From the NCBI GenBank assembly GCA_041687335.1, contig JAWLCE010000020.1, positions 14,202 to 78,201 on the forward strand: a stretch of DNA of 64,000 nt, in the 5' to 3' direction. This document shows, piece by piece, positions 17,021-27,265 of this stretch. The position numbers and the translations under genes are program-made. A model generated the notes under the pieces. It ran no database searches. It was not told where the DNA came from and saw nothing but the letters and a program-made list of their open reading frames with translations. The stretch's first letter is position 1; each line of letters begins with the position of its first letter. The DNA is from Sumerlaeia bacterium. Its GTDB lineage: Bacteria > Sumerlaeota > Sumerlaeia > MVZB01.

Positions 17021-18690
17021 TGCGGATCATCGAGGAGCACTTCCTCGGCAGCAGCGGGCGCAGCGGGATCATCCTGCAGCATTTCCTCACCGGCCGGCGC
17101 AGCGGCGGGGTCCTCCACGCCGGTCAACTGGTTGACCTGACGGACGGTATCGATGACGCGGAACATCTTGGGCACCGAGATGAAGATCGCATGAGTCCGG
17201 ACCTCCTGGCTGTTGCCGTAGGCCGGGTATTGCGAAATGTTCTCGAACTGCAGGCGATGGAGCTCGGTCGTCGGCTGGGTCCGCAGCACCTCGTAAAGGA
17301 AACGCCAGGTCCGGTCATTGGTGGCCGTATAAATGATCTTGATCGGCAGGCCGACACCCGGTTCGGTCTCGGAGGGCGCTAAAGGTGCTTCCGCAATGGT
17401 CGGCTCCGTCGAGACCTCCGCCATACCTTCCATGCCGAACTCCTCACCCATCTCACCGCCCATCTCTTCTTCCATCATGAATTCCATTTCATAGAAGTCA
17501 TCGATTGACTCCTCGGCCTGCGCCACCACCTCCATCTTGCCCATCGCCAACTCGTCGTTGGGCAAGGTGGCCGGATCGATCGGACCGACGATGGCCGGCT
17601 CGATGGCGACCAAGCTCTCTTCGTTGAGGCGCAGATAGCTGTAGCCATCCAGCAGCACCTGGCTGATCTCGCCGACCCCATTGGCGGCCGCAAGCTCCAG
17701 CATGCGGTTGAGGCTGCGCAGCTGTTCAAAGGCAAAGTAGAGCTTGTTTTCCTGCAGGCCGAGGATGACCTCGCCGGGCAGTTCCAGATTGATGTCGAGG
17801 ATCCGGAACAGGAGGTCACGATCCAGTCGCGAGCTGTGGATCAGCACCCATTGGTCCGGGGAAGCCTTTTCCCAGGCGTCCATCTCAGTCAGGATCAGGT
17901 TGGCCAGCGCCAGCTTGCTGATCAGGGGGACGAATTCGCCGAAGTGCTTGGTAGAGTCGATATAGCTGTAATTGATGCCCAGCACCTGCCAGACAAGACC
18001 CTGATACTGAGTGTAATTGAAGTTATATTGCGGGGAGGCGGGGTCCATCTGGTCCAGGATGAACTTCTGGTCGGCCAACTGGCGCAGTCCGTCCCACAAG
18101 CGACCCTTGTCGGCGAGCAGACGCTCGGGGAGCTGAATCGGCAGCCACCAGGTCGGGGGCGGAGTGGCGGCCGCGGGCGGCTGGCCCAGGAAGGTCAGTC
18201 GAACCGAAGCAGTGGTTGAGCGATCCTGGCTGCGGGCGCCCTGCTGGGAGGCCCGGGCCATCGCCTGCAGCTTGCCGACCTCCTCAAGCAGATAGTCCAC
18301 CTGCTTGGGCACGCGCGCCATGCTTGCTTTCTTGTATTCATCCATCACAAACGGTTCGATTTCGCTGATGCGCTTCTCGGGGTCGATGGCGAAATCGTTG
18401 ACCAGGGTCGGCATGAGAAAGGCCTCGGGCTGGTCAAAGCCGATCAGCGGCGCCACCTCGGTCAGGAGCTTGACCTTATCGTCGAGCTGCGCGTTAAAGG
18501 CATCCAGCTCAGAGATATCGCTCAAGGTGCGCATCTGGCGCAGCTGGCCCACCCGTTCGTCGCGCTGCGCGATCGCCGCAGCCTGGCGGTCCACCCGCTC
18601 CTTGAACAGGAAGAAGTGGAGTCCCCCCATCATCAGCGCGGCAATGATGCCGCCGATGACGATGATTTCGCGTTTTTTATCTCTCTTCAT
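17017..18690 (-). CDS. Membrane-anchored hypothetical protein, possibly a PilO/GspM-like bitopic assembly protein with a large insertion
   Basis: Basic N-terminus, single TM, coiled coil, acidic Met/Glu-rich linker, C-terminal 'IKIIYTATNDRTWRFLYEV...ELHRL' resembling a PilO/GspM ferredoxin-like fold. Confidence 0.6.
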   Translation of the reverse strand: MKRDKKREIIVIGGIIAALMMGGLHFFLFKERVDRQAAAIAQRDERVGQLRQMRTLSDISELDAFNAQLDDKVKLLTEVAPLIGFDQPEAFLMPTLVNDFAIDPEKRISEIEPFVMDEYKKASMARVPKQVDYLLEEVGKLQAMARASQQGARSQDRSTTASVRLTFLGQPPAAATPPPTWWLPIQLPERLLADKGRLWDGLRQLADQKFILDQMDPASPQYNFNYTQYQGLVWQVLGINYSYIDSTKHFGEFVPLISKLALANLILTEMDAWEKASPDQWVLIHSSRLDRDLLFRILDINLELPGEVILGLQENKLYFAFEQLRSLNRMLELAAANGVGEISQVLLDGYSYLRLNEESLVAIEPAIVGPIDPATLPNDELAMGKMEVVAQAEESIDDFYEMEFMMEEEMGGEMGEEFGMEGMAEVSTEPTIAEAPLAPSETEPGVGLPIKIIYTATNDRTWRFLYEVLRTQPTTELHRLQFENISQYPAYGNSQEVRTHAIFISVPKMFRVIDTVRQVNQLTGVEDPAAAPAGEEMLQDDPAAPAAAEEVLLDDPQ

Positions 18691-18780
18691 GCTTCACCAC
18701 CTGCAAACCGGCCACTGGGCGTCACGGCGCCGGGAATTATCGCGGCCACTCTCTTTTGTGGACCCGGGGCGGGCACACTG

Positions 18781-19683
18781 TCAATTGGAATCAGGGGGTT
18801 TGAGCCCCATTTGCCGCAATTGACGCTCGTCACGGCGCCAATGCGGCCTTACTTTGACCCACAGCTCCAGGAAGACCGGGCGCTCGAGCAACTCCTCGAT
18901 CTCCACACGCGCCTCCTGGCCGACGCGCTTGAGCATTGAGCCGCCGGCGCCGATCACAATCCGCTTGTGGGCCTCGCGCTCGGTCACGATCAGGGCTCGG
19001 ATAAAGGTTTTCTCGCGGGCCTCATTGAATTCCTCCACCTCGACCGCCGTCCCGTAGGGGATCTCCTGGCCAAGGTGCAGGAACAGCTTCTCGCGCACCA
19101 GCTCGCCGGCCATGAAGCGCAGGTCCCGGTCGCTGACTTGTTCGGGATCGAACAGCAGAGGACCGGGGGGCAGCGCCGCGGCGAGCGCCGCCATCAGTTC
19201 GGGCAGGCCACGACCGTCCATGCCCGAGATCGCAAAGACCTGCTCGTAGTGGATGCCAGGCGGCGCCGGCGGGAGCGGCCCGTCGAACTGGTCGATCTTG
19301 TTCCATGCCAGCCAGACCGGCCGGCGCGTGCGGCGAATCAAGTCCGCCACCGGCTCGTCGGCGGGGTCCAGCGGGCGGCGCGGATCGCGCAGGTGCAGGA
19401 CGATGTCGCAGCCCGCCAGCTCGTGGGCCGCCACATCGACCAGAATCTGATTGAAACGATCACCGGTGGCGAGGATGCCGGGGATGTCGACCAGGATCGC
19501 CTGCATCCGCTCGTCGGTGACGATGCCACAGACGCGCTCGCGCGTGGTCTGGGGGCGCGGCGAAACAATCGAAATCTTCTGGCCCACCAGCCGGTTGACC
19601 AGCGTGCTCTTGCCCACGTTGGGAGCGCCGGCCAGGGCCACATAGCCCACCCGCAGGGGGGTCATTTCCGGCGGCAAGGTCAT
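18781..19683 (-). CDS. era: GTPase Era
   Basis: GAPNVGKSTL, PQTTR, DIPG, NKID, KH domain with 'QEIPY' and 'IVIGAGGSMLK'. Confidence 0.97.
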   Translation of the reverse strand: MTLPPEMTPLRVGYVALAGAPNVGKSTLVNRLVGQKISIVSPRPQTTRERVCGIVTDERMQAILVDIPGILATGDRFNQILVDVAAHELAGCDIVLHLRDPRRPLDPADEPVADLIRRTRRPVWLAWNKIDQFDGPLPPAPPGIHYEQVFAISGMDGRGLPELMAALAAALPPGPLLFDPEQVSDRDLRFMAGELVREKLFLHLGQEIPYGTAVEVEEFNEAREKTFIRALIVTEREAHKRIVIGAGGSMLKRVGQEARVEIEELLERPVFLELWVKVRPHWRRDERQLRQMGLKPPDSN

Positions 19684-20141
19684 GAGTCGATCCGCTCCAG
19701 CAGGTCAAGCTCGCGCCGGCGCATGATCGCCTGGCGGCGCGGTCGGTCGTGGTCGTGGCCCAGCAGGTGGAGCAGGCCGTGGACCAGCAGCAGGTCCAGA
19801 TGCGACTCGGGATCCACCCCCAGCTCGCGCGCCGCCCGACGCAGGTAGGGCAGCGAGACCACGAGGTCGCCGATCGCCCCCGGCGGGGGGACCTGATCGG
19901 GGGGCAACTCGTGGAGCGGGAATGCCAGCACGTCGGTGGACTGATCCATTTCTCGCCAGCGCCGGTTGACGCGACGCATCCAATCATTGTCGCAGAGGAT
20001 GACGCTCAATTCATGGCCTCCGCCGAGGCCGGCGGCCTTGGCGGCGCACCGAAGGCTGCCTTCGGCGCGGGCAACCAGGGCCGGGGCATAGCTGCCCAGA
20101 CGGCCGCGCGTATCGAGCTGGATCCGGATTCCGCCCCTCAA
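19680..20141 (-). CDS. ybeY: rRNA maturation RNase YbeY
   Basis: 'NRRWREMDQSTDVLAF', 'HGLLHLLGHDH'; adjacent to era. Confidence 0.95.
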   Translation of the reverse strand: MRGGIRIQLDTRGRLGSYAPALVARAEGSLRCAAKAAGLGGGHELSVILCDNDWMRRVNRRWREMDQSTDVLAFPLHELPPDQVPPPGAIGDLVVSLPYLRRAARELGVDPESHLDLLLVHGLLHLLGHDHDRPRRQAIMRRRELDLLERIDS

Positions 20142-21406
20142 GGTGCGCTCACTTCCGTGGCGGTGGAGACGGCATCGGACGCCGCGGGGGGATCAACCGG
20201 CTCGACCACCGGAACCTCGGCGGTCCCAGTCGTCGGCGTGTCCGCCACAGTCGCGCCAATGGTGGTCGCCTCATCAGCCGGGGTGGCCGCCGGTTCGGGG
20301 CCGGACTCGACAGCGGGCGGGAAGGCCCCCGATTCGATATCGGCGCGCAACTGCTGGACCATCTGACCGGCCTCCTGAGCCTCGGGAGTGCCCGGGTGCA
20401 TGCGGACGATCTCCTCGAACATGGCCACGGCGGCCTCGCCGTCATGCTGCTCGAGGGCCAAGTCAACCAAAGCGCGGCGGGCGTCCATCGCGACCCGGCC
20501 GACGGGATATTCCTCAATCACGCGGCGATAGAGCGCCTCGGCCGCCTCCGGCTGCTTGCGTTGGCGTTCGACCAAGCCCATCACCATCAGCAGCTGTCCA
20601 CGCTCCTCGGCGCCGACGGCCTTATCGAAGGCCTCGTTGAGTTTGCTGAGGGCGACCTCGATGGTCTGGGCCGCCTCCTGCGGGCGCTCCTGCTGTTCAT
20701 AGATCGCGCTGATGCGCAGCAAAAGGTCCACATGCTTGGGATGGTCGGGATAACGCTCCATGAAGCGCTCGAGCACCGCGATCGACTCGTCATAGTGCTC
20801 GGCCAGACGATGGATCTGCGAGAGCCGCTGGTAGGCCTCGAGTTCGAGCAGCGGATCAATTTCGTAGCCCCGGGCAGCATGCTCCAGAATCACCTGGGCC
20901 TCATCGTGGCGCTCGTTGTGGTAATACAGGTCGGCCAGCATGATCTGGAAGGCGAACTGCCCCTCGGTGGGGGCCTGGCTGAACGTGGGCGAGGTTTCAA
21001 TGGCCTCCTGAAGTGCCAGCTCGGGCTTCTCCTCGCGCATGAAGCTGTGGATTTTACCAGAGAAGGGCATCCAGCCGGCCTCTGTCTGGGGCCCGCCGGC
21101 CAAGGCGATCAGAAAATCGAGCTGCTCGCGCTCATGGGCAAACTTGCCCTCGGCGCCGTAGATCGCCGCCAGCCCCATTCTGGCGCGCGGGGCCACGGCG
21201 CTATCGGGGTGCTTGGTCAGAATCTGCTGATAAAGCAACTGGGCCTCGACCAGATTATTGCGCAAATAATAGGCATTGGCTTCGCTTAGCAGATCCTCGG
21301 GCGTACGCCCCCCGCAGCCGGGCATGATCATCAGCGCCAGCAACACGGCCAGGCCGGCTGAGAGCGCCCGCCGCCGAAGACCACAAAAATTTCCAATCAT
21401 GTTCAT
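20138..21406 (-). CDS. TPR-repeat lipoprotein (BamD/YfiO/CpoB-like repeats)
   Basis: Lipobox MPGC; repeated 'YQQILTKHPDS', 'FMERYPDHP', 'VIEEYPVG', 'IVRMHPGT'; start uncertain (21406 or 21400). Confidence 0.8.
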   Translation of the reverse strand: MNMIGNFCGLRRRALSAGLAVLLALMIMPGCGGRTPEDLLSEANAYYLRNNLVEAQLLYQQILTKHPDSAVAPRARMGLAAIYGAEGKFAHEREQLDFLIALAGGPQTEAGWMPFSGKIHSFMREEKPELALQEAIETSPTFSQAPTEGQFAFQIMLADLYYHNERHDEAQVILEHAARGYEIDPLLELEAYQRLSQIHRLAEHYDESIAVLERFMERYPDHPKHVDLLLRISAIYEQQERPQEAAQTIEVALSKLNEAFDKAVGAEERGQLLMVMGLVERQRKQPEAAEALYRRVIEEYPVGRVAMDARRALVDLALEQHDGEAAVAMFEEIVRMHPGTPEAQEAGQMVQQLRADIESGAFPPAVESGPEPAATPADEATTIGATVADTPTTGTAEVPVVEPVDPPAASDAVSTATEVSAP

Positions 21407-21470
21407 GGGTGCTAAAATCCGTTGAATGAAGTCTGGACCGACGGTCTCACACCAAGGCCGAGCCCAAAGC

Positions 21471-21500
21471 ACAATAACTGCCCTGCCCCTGATTTGTCAA
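21471..21500 (-). promoter_or_regulatory. Sigma70-like promoter of the TPR-ybeY-era operon
   Basis: TTGACA-N18-TATTGT on the minus strand; also argues against the 21472 start. Confidence 0.5.
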
Positions 21501-21665
21501 AACTTATGTCGCTTTTTTGGGCACGCAAGGGTGCATTTCGAGCACATCGGGAAAGGTCCGGACTGGAGACCCTCTATCGGGTCAAAGACTCAACCAACCA
21601 CTACTCGCTCGCGTGGTGCACAGGCAGGCGATGATGACCATAAGAAGCAAGGAAGGATTCAGTTC

Positions 21666-22082
21666 ATGACTCATCAACAGCGGATCGAGGTGGCCACGCG
21701 TGGCGAGCGCGACATGCACGACCTGACGCCCCGGATCAAGGCGATCGTCACCGCCGCCGGCATCCAGCAGGGCCTGGTCCATGTCTTCAACATCGGATCG
21801 ACGGCCGCCGTGGGCACCATCGAATTGGAGCCGGGGCTGGAGCAGGATCTCCCCGATCTGCTGGCCCGGCTGATCCCGCCCAGCCGCGACTACGGCCACG
21901 AGCGAGCCTGGCATGATGGCAACGGCCACAGCCACCTGCAGGCAACGCTACTGGGCCAAGGCCTGACCCTGCCCGTCAGTGACGGTCGGCCGGCCCTGGG
22001 CCAGTGGCAGCAGGTCTTCCTGCTCGAATGTGACATCCGCCCGCGCCGCCGCGAGCTGATCGTCACAGTGCTGGGGGAGTAG
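21666..22082 (+). CDS. yjbQ: YjbQ/UPF0047 family protein
   Basis: 'GLVHVFNIGSTAA', 'YGHERAWHDGNGHSHL', 'LGQWQQVFLLECD'; GGAAGGA RBS before ATG 21666. Confidence 0.92.
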   Translation: MTHQQRIEVATRGERDMHDLTPRIKAIVTAAGIQQGLVHVFNIGSTAAVGTIELEPGLEQDLPDLLARLIPPSRDYGHERAWHDGNGHSHLQATLLGQGLTLPVSDGRPALGQWQQVFLLECDIRPRRRELIVTVLGE

Positions 22083-22096
22083 GGGGAACGGAGTCC

Positions 22097-22267
22097 TTAA
22101 CGATCGGTGGCGTCTTCGATCCGGTCGCCCATTTCCTCGAGACCTTCATCGAGTTGCTCGCCGGTGTCCTCGAAGGGTCCCTCGCGGCGGTCGCAACCGG
22201 TCAGGACAAGACCCGGAGTGCCGAGCAGCAATACCAAAGTGAGCATCCATAGCAGTGATTTCTTCAT
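22097..22267 (-). CDS. 56-aa small lipoprotein, absent from the ORF track
   Basis: Hand translation MKKSLLWMLTLVLLLGTPGLVLTGCDRREGPFEDTGEQLDEGLEEMGDRIEDATDR*; GGAGG RBS, lipobox LTGC. Confidence 0.85.
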   Translation of the reverse strand: MKKSLLWMLTLVLLLGTPGLVLTGCDRREGPFEDTGEQLDEGLEEMGDRIEDATDR

Positions 22268-22377
22268 GAGTTCAGGTTCCTCCAGATGATGGATCCATCA
22301 TAATACAGCCCTGGCCACGGCGTCAAAAGTACGCCGTGACGGGCGCAGCCGCAAGATTTGCTATGATCAATGGAGCA

Positions 22378-22440
22378 ACAAGATTCGGAGGCGAGGACGA
22401 TGACCGACAAGATTCGGAGGCGAGGACGATGACCGACAAG
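22378..22440 (+). repeat. 29-bp tandem duplication spanning the msrB RBS and start codon
   Basis: ACAAGATTCGGAGGCGAGGACGATGACCG x2 plus ACAAG. Confidence 0.95.
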
Positions 22441-22839
22441 CCCGATCCGATGGAAAAGACCGATCAGGAGTGGCGTGAACAGCTGACCCCAGAGCAGTAT
22501 CAGGTCATGCGGCGCCAGGGTACCGAGGCCCCCTTCCGCAATGAGTACTGGGACGCAAAAACCCCGGGGGTTTACCTGTGCGCCGGCTGCGGCAGCGAAC
22601 TATTTGACTCGGAGCAGAAATACGATTCGGGCACGGGCTGGCCCAGCTTCTGGGCGCCGCTGGCGCAGCACAACGTCGCGACCGAGTCCGACCGCAGCCT
22701 GGGGGTGGAGCGAACCGAAGTGCACTGCGCGCGCTGCGGGGCGCACCTGGGCCATGTTTTCCCGGATGGACCACGCCCCACCGGCCAGCGTTACTGCATC
22801 AATTCCGCATCGCTGCGGCTGCGCCCGCGCGAGCCGTAA
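22429..22839 (+). CDS. msrB: Peptide-methionine (R)-S-oxide reductase
   Basis: 'GTEAPF', CxxC, '[11 protein letters not shown]', '[10 protein letters not shown]', 'RYCINS'. Confidence 0.97.
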   Translation: MTDKPDPMEKTDQEWREQLTPEQYQVMRRQGTEAPFRNEYWDAKTPGVYLCAGCGSELFDSEQKYDSGTGWPSFWAPLAQHNVATESDRSLGVERTEVHCARCGAHLGHVFPDGPRPTGQRYCINSASLRLRPREP

Positions 22840-22856
22840 CCGGCCCCGGCGGTTGA

Positions 22857-24758
22857 TCAGCCCGCCAGCGCCATGTTCGCCTGGCGCTTCTCGGCCTTCT
22901 TGCGCAGTTCGGAATCCAGGATCGCCTTGCGCAGGCGAATTGACTTTGGCGTGACCTCGACCAGCTCGTCGGGTCCGATCCACTCGAGCGCCTGATCCAG
23001 CGACATGCGCCGGGCCGCGTTGAGCGTGACCGTGGAGTCCTTGTTCGCCGAGCGATGGTTGGTCAGGGCCTTGGCCTTGGTCGGGTTGCAGGGCATGTCC
23101 TCGGGACGGCTGTTCTCGCCGACGATCTGGCCGCCGTAGACCTTATCCATCGGCTCACAGAACATCTGCGCACGCGCCTGAAGAGACTGGATTTGATAGC
23201 CGGTCGCCGAACCGGTCTCCATCGCCACCAGCGCCCCGCGTCCGCGCGAGCCGATGTCCCCGCGCCAGGGGCCGTAGCCCGTGAAGCGGCTGGCCATCAC
23301 GCCCAGCCCGCGCGTGTCGGTCAGGAACTCGTTGCGGTAGCCGATCAGGCCGCGCGTCGGAATCTCGAACTCCAGCCGCATCAGGCCGGTGCCGCCATTC
23401 TCAAGTCCACGCAGCTCGCCTTTGCGCTTGGCCAGCTTCTCGATCACGACGCCCTGATAGGCCTCCGGCACATCGATGATGAGCTGCTCGATCGGTTCCA
23501 GCGGACGGCCGTCCTTGTCGCGATGAACGATGACCTCAGGACGGCTGACGCAGAGCTCCATCCCCTCGCGCCGCATCTCCTCGATCAGGATCGCCAGGTG
23601 CAGCTCGCCGCGGCCGCTGACCTTGACCCCGTCGGCGCGGCCCAGATCCTCCACCCGCAGCGCCACGTTGGTGCGCAGCTCGCGGTCGAGCCGCTCGCGG
23701 ATCTGGCGCAGCGTGACGGCCCGCCCCTCGTTGCCGGCGAAGGGGCCATTGTTGACCAGGAAGAACATCGAAACGGTCGGCTCCTCGATCTCGAGCGGGG
23801 GCAGCGCCGGCTCCTCGAATTCGGGGGCGCTGAAAGTGTCGCCGATGCCAACTTCCTCGGGACCGGCGATCCAGACGATATCGCCGGCTGAAATTTCATC
23901 AGCCTCGGTGCGTTCCAGCCCGCGCGTCACCCACAGGTGAACCGCGCGCTCGCTGGACTGGCCGGCCAGGTCCCAGCCCGCCTCGGGCTGGCCCGGCACG
24001 CGCCAGGTGACGGCGCTGCGCGTCATGGCCTCGCCCCGGCGCAGCCGGCCGCTCAAGACGCGGCCGCAACCAATCCGGCCCACGTAGTCGTTCCAGGCCA
24101 GCGTGGAGACCTGCATCCGGAAGGGCTCGTCCTCCTCGACCTTGGGTGCCGGCACGCTCTCGATGATCGTCTGAAAGAGCGCATCCATGCCGCTGTGCTC
24201 GTCACGCTCCAGGTCGCGGACCAACCAGCCGTCCAACCCCGAGCCGTAAAGAACCGGGAAATCGGCCTGGTCCTCATGGGCGCCCAGCTCAATGAAAAGG
24301 TCAAAAGTCTTGCTCAGGGCCAGCTCGGGGGTGGCGCCCTTACGATCGACCTTGTTGACGATCACGATCGGCTTGAGGCCCAGGCGCAGCGCCCGCATCA
24401 GCACGTAGCGCGTCTGCGGCATCGGCCCCTCGTTGGCGTCCACCAGCAACAGGACCGAGTCCACCATCGAGAGCACGCGCTCGACCTCGCCCGAGAAATC
24501 GGCATGGCCGGGCGTGTCGATGATGTTGATCAGGTGCCCGCCCCATTCCACCGTGCAGTGCTTGGAGCGGATCGTGATACCGCGCTCGCGCTCCAGGTCA
24601 AAGCTGTCCATCACGCGCTCGCCCATCTGCTGATTGTCGCGGAAGACATGCACGGCGCGGAAGATGGAATCGATCAGGGTGGTCTTGCCATGATCGATAT
24701 GGGCGACGATCGCCAGATTGCGGATATTGCGGGCAGGGGTCGACATCGTTTCGGTCAT
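22857..24758 (-). CDS. typA: Translational GTPase TypA/BipA
   Basis: '[16 protein letters not shown]', 'DTPGHADF', '[19 protein letters not shown]', '[13 protein letters not shown]'; GGAG RBS before ATG 24758. Confidence 0.97.
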   Translation of the reverse strand: MTETMSTPARNIRNLAIVAHIDHGKTTLIDSIFRAVHVFRDNQQMGERVMDSFDLERERGITIRSKHCTVEWGGHLINIIDTPGHADFSGEVERVLSMVDSVLLLVDANEGPMPQTRYVLMRALRLGLKPIVIVNKVDRKGATPELALSKTFDLFIELGAHEDQADFPVLYGSGLDGWLVRDLERDEHSGMDALFQTIIESVPAPKVEEDEPFRMQVSTLAWNDYVGRIGCGRVLSGRLRRGEAMTRSAVTWRVPGQPEAGWDLAGQSSERAVHLWVTRGLERTEADEISAGDIVWIAGPEEVGIGDTFSAPEFEEPALPPLEIEEPTVSMFFLVNNGPFAGNEGRAVTLRQIRERLDRELRTNVALRVEDLGRADGVKVSGRGELHLAILIEEMRREGMELCVSRPEVIVHRDKDGRPLEPIEQLIIDVPEAYQGVVIEKLAKRKGELRGLENGGTGLMRLEFEIPTRGLIGYRNEFLTDTRGLGVMASRFTGYGPWRGDIGSRGRGALVAMETGSATGYQIQSLQARAQMFCEPMDKVYGGQIVGENSRPEDMPCNPTKAKALTNHRSANKDSTVTLNAARRMSLDQALEWIGPDELVEVTPKSIRLRKAILDSELRKKAEKRQANMALAG

Positions 24759-24973
24759 TGCTCCGGGGTCTGGGGTCCATCCTGCATCATGAGCGGCAGG
24801 GCGCAAACGGTCTATCTTACCAAGCAACGGCCCCGTGGGCCAAGCCCTATTTATTGGAAGAGGATCGACGCGCCGCCGGGGATGCCGTAAAAGCTCGACA
24901 CGGCCGGGCGGGTCGGCCACAATAACCAGCGCCCGAGCAAGAAATCCTTTGTCGCCCTTCCGGATGTTTCGCC

Positions 24974-26248
24974 ATGATGTTTTCACCACGCCCATTATTA
25001 AGCCTTTTCGGCTGGCTGCCCCTGCTGGCGCTGCTGGCCCTGTCCGGCTGCCAATCCGTTTCGGTGCGCGGCGTGCCCGAGGTTGACTGGGAGGCCTTGG
25101 CGGCCGTGGCCCACCCGCGCACGCTGGCCGTGCTGCCCACGACCGAGGAGGACGATCGGCCCGACCTCACCGGCCCGATGCGGCTGGCGCTGTATGGTTC
25201 ATTGGCCCCGCTGGAATTCAAGGATCGCGAGCTGAGCGACGTGGACCAGCGGCTGGCCCTGATTGCCAACCGCATGGGGCTGCGGCCGGAGGAACTGCCG
25301 CCGGAGGCCCGGGCCCACCCGCTGCTGGGCGACACCGTCGCCTTCAGTCACATTGAGAGCGTCAGTCGCTTTTATTTGATCTTTTATGCCCACAACCGCC
25401 TGCGCCTGAACCTGCAACTGGTCGACACCCACACCCGGAAAGTGTTCTATCGCGGCCGGTTCACGATCACCAATCGGCGGCTGGAGGCGACGATTGACCC
25501 GTTTGGGCTGGCCGGCACCGCCGTCAGCTCGCTATGGCACCTGCGCGCGGACCAGCTGGCGCAGACGCTGGAGACGGGAGCTGACAAGATCGCGGCGCAA
25601 ATCCCGCCGCTGCCGGCGACCGTCGCCACCGACCCGGGAGAACTGTGCATCGAACGCCTGGCCGTCAAGCTGCCCCGGACGCTGCTGCGGGCTGGCGATA
25701 AGATCGAGGTCGAGGTGCTGGGCACGCCGAAGGGGCAGGCGACCTTCCGCTTTGGTCCCGGCGAGCGGCCACGGCCGCTGATCGAAGTGGCGCCGGGGCG
25801 CTACCTCGGGCGGGCCGAGATCGAGCCGGGCATGGATACCCCTTATGCCTTTATCGAGGCCGAGCTGGGGCTGGGCGAGCCGGGCGAAACGGTGCGGGAC
25901 TCGGCCATCGACCAGCCGTTCGCGATCGACACGATGCCCCCGCCGCGAGGACGCGTGGCGCGCTGCTGGCCGGCTCCGCCGCGCCGCGGGATTTACCTGG
26001 AGCTGGAAACCGACCCCACCGACCCACGCGCTCAGCTGGAGGCGCCGCAGACCTATTTCATCTATCGGCGGCCGGCGGGGGGGGGCCGCTTCCAGCGCAT
26101 CGGCGAATCTGCGGCAACGACCTTCCTTGACGCCGAGGCTGACCCGGGCCACCCGTGGGAGTATCAGATCATCACGCGCGACCCGGCCGGCAACGACGCC
26201 GCCCCCGGCCCGATCGCCCGGCGCGACCCCGCCGTCGCGGCCCGCTAA
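24974..26248 (+). CDS. Lipoprotein with an N-terminal DUF799/GNA1162-like domain and C-terminal Ig/FN3-like modules
   Basis: Lipobox LSGC; 'LAVLPT...RLALYGSL'; FN3-like 'YFIYRR...TTFLDAEADPGHPWEYQIITRDPAGN'. Confidence 0.65.
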   Translation: MMFSPRPLLSLFGWLPLLALLALSGCQSVSVRGVPEVDWEALAAVAHPRTLAVLPTTEEDDRPDLTGPMRLALYGSLAPLEFKDRELSDVDQRLALIANRMGLRPEELPPEARAHPLLGDTVAFSHIESVSRFYLIFYAHNRLRLNLQLVDTHTRKVFYRGRFTITNRRLEATIDPFGLAGTAVSSLWHLRADQLAQTLETGADKIAAQIPPLPATVATDPGELCIERLAVKLPRTLLRAGDKIEVEVLGTPKGQATFRFGPGERPRPLIEVAPGRYLGRAEIEPGMDTPYAFIEAELGLGEPGETVRDSAIDQPFAIDTMPPPRGRVARCWPAPPRRGIYLELETDPTDPRAQLEAPQTYFIYRRPAGGGRFQRIGESAATTFLDAEADPGHPWEYQIITRDPAGNDAAPGPIARRDPAVAAR

Positions 26249-26267
26249 AAATCAGGACCCCGGCACC

Positions 26268-27158
26268 ATGAACCAGGGCGACTTTATCTTCCTGACCGGG
26301 GCCACCGGCCACACCGGCTCTTACCTGGCGCGGCGCCTGCTGGCGGAGGGCCGGACGCTGCGCTGCCTGGTGCATACCGCCGAGCACGCCCGCCACCTGC
26401 CCGCCGATGAGCGACTGCGCGTGGTGCCCGGCGACATCGAGCAACCCGAGCCGTGGCAGGGCGAGCTGGCGGGCGCGGCGGCGCTGGTGCATATGGCGCA
26501 CGTAGGGTTCGCACCGATGGCGATTGCCGCCTGCCGCGCGGCGGGGGTGCGGCGGCTCGTCTCGCTCAGCTCGACGCGGCGGTTCACGAAGTTCCCCGAA
26601 GAGACCGCCCGCCTCGTCATCGCCGGCGAGGCCGCCCTGGAGGCCTCGGGGCTGGACTTTACCATCCTGCGCCCATCGATGATCTTCGGCGGTCCGCGCG
26701 ACAATAACCTTGAAAAAGTCGTGCGTTGGCTTGGCCGCCACCGCTGGATGCCGTTGGTGGCCGGTGGCCGCAACCTGGTCCAGCCGATCTTCGTGCTCGA
26801 CCTGGTCGAGGCGATCGTGGCGGCGCTGACGCGACCCGGGTCGATCGGCCGCGCGCTGACATTGGCGGGGCCGGAGGCGCTCACGCAGCGGGAGCTGATC
26901 GAGCAGATCGCCCGCGCGATGGGTCGGCCTCTGCACTGGGTGCCGGTGCCGATGGCCGCGGCGTTGACCGCCGGTTGGCTGCTCGAGCAGCTCCAGCACC
27001 GCCCGCTGGCCACACGCGACCAGTTCCGCCGCATGCTGGAAGACAAGACCTTCGACATCAGCGAGGCGAAAACCGTGCTCGCCTGGACCCCGCGCCCGTT
27101 CCAGGAGGCAATCCAACTGAAACTGGCCCGGCAGATCAACGACAGCCTGCCATCCTGA
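26268..27158 (+). CDS. NAD(P)-dependent epimerase/dehydratase (atypical SDR)
   Basis: Rossmann motif 'LTGATGHTG', 'GLDFTILRPSMIFGGPRD', 'VQPIFVLDL'. Confidence 0.88.
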   Translation: MNQGDFIFLTGATGHTGSYLARRLLAEGRTLRCLVHTAEHARHLPADERLRVVPGDIEQPEPWQGELAGAAALVHMAHVGFAPMAIAACRAAGVRRLVSLSSTRRFTKFPEETARLVIAGEAALEASGLDFTILRPSMIFGGPRDNNLEKVVRWLGRHRWMPLVAGGRNLVQPIFVLDLVEAIVAALTRPGSIGRALTLAGPEALTQRELIEQIARAMGRPLHWVPVPMAAALTAGWLLEQLQHRPLATRDQFRRMLEDKTFDISEAKTVLAWTPRPFQEAIQLKLARQINDSLPS

Positions 27159-27265
27159 CGCCTGCTTCGGCTCAGCCGCACAAAATCTGTTGATTCGACT
27201 TGGTTGCCCTGCGCTAATCAGAACGGAGACAACAGCCGGTAATGAACTTCTGGAGACGTTAGCGC

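Noticed and set aside
22378-22440. Mini-CRISPR from the 29-bp repeats
   Set aside because: The repeats are directly adjacent with no spacer and contain the msrB RBS and ATG
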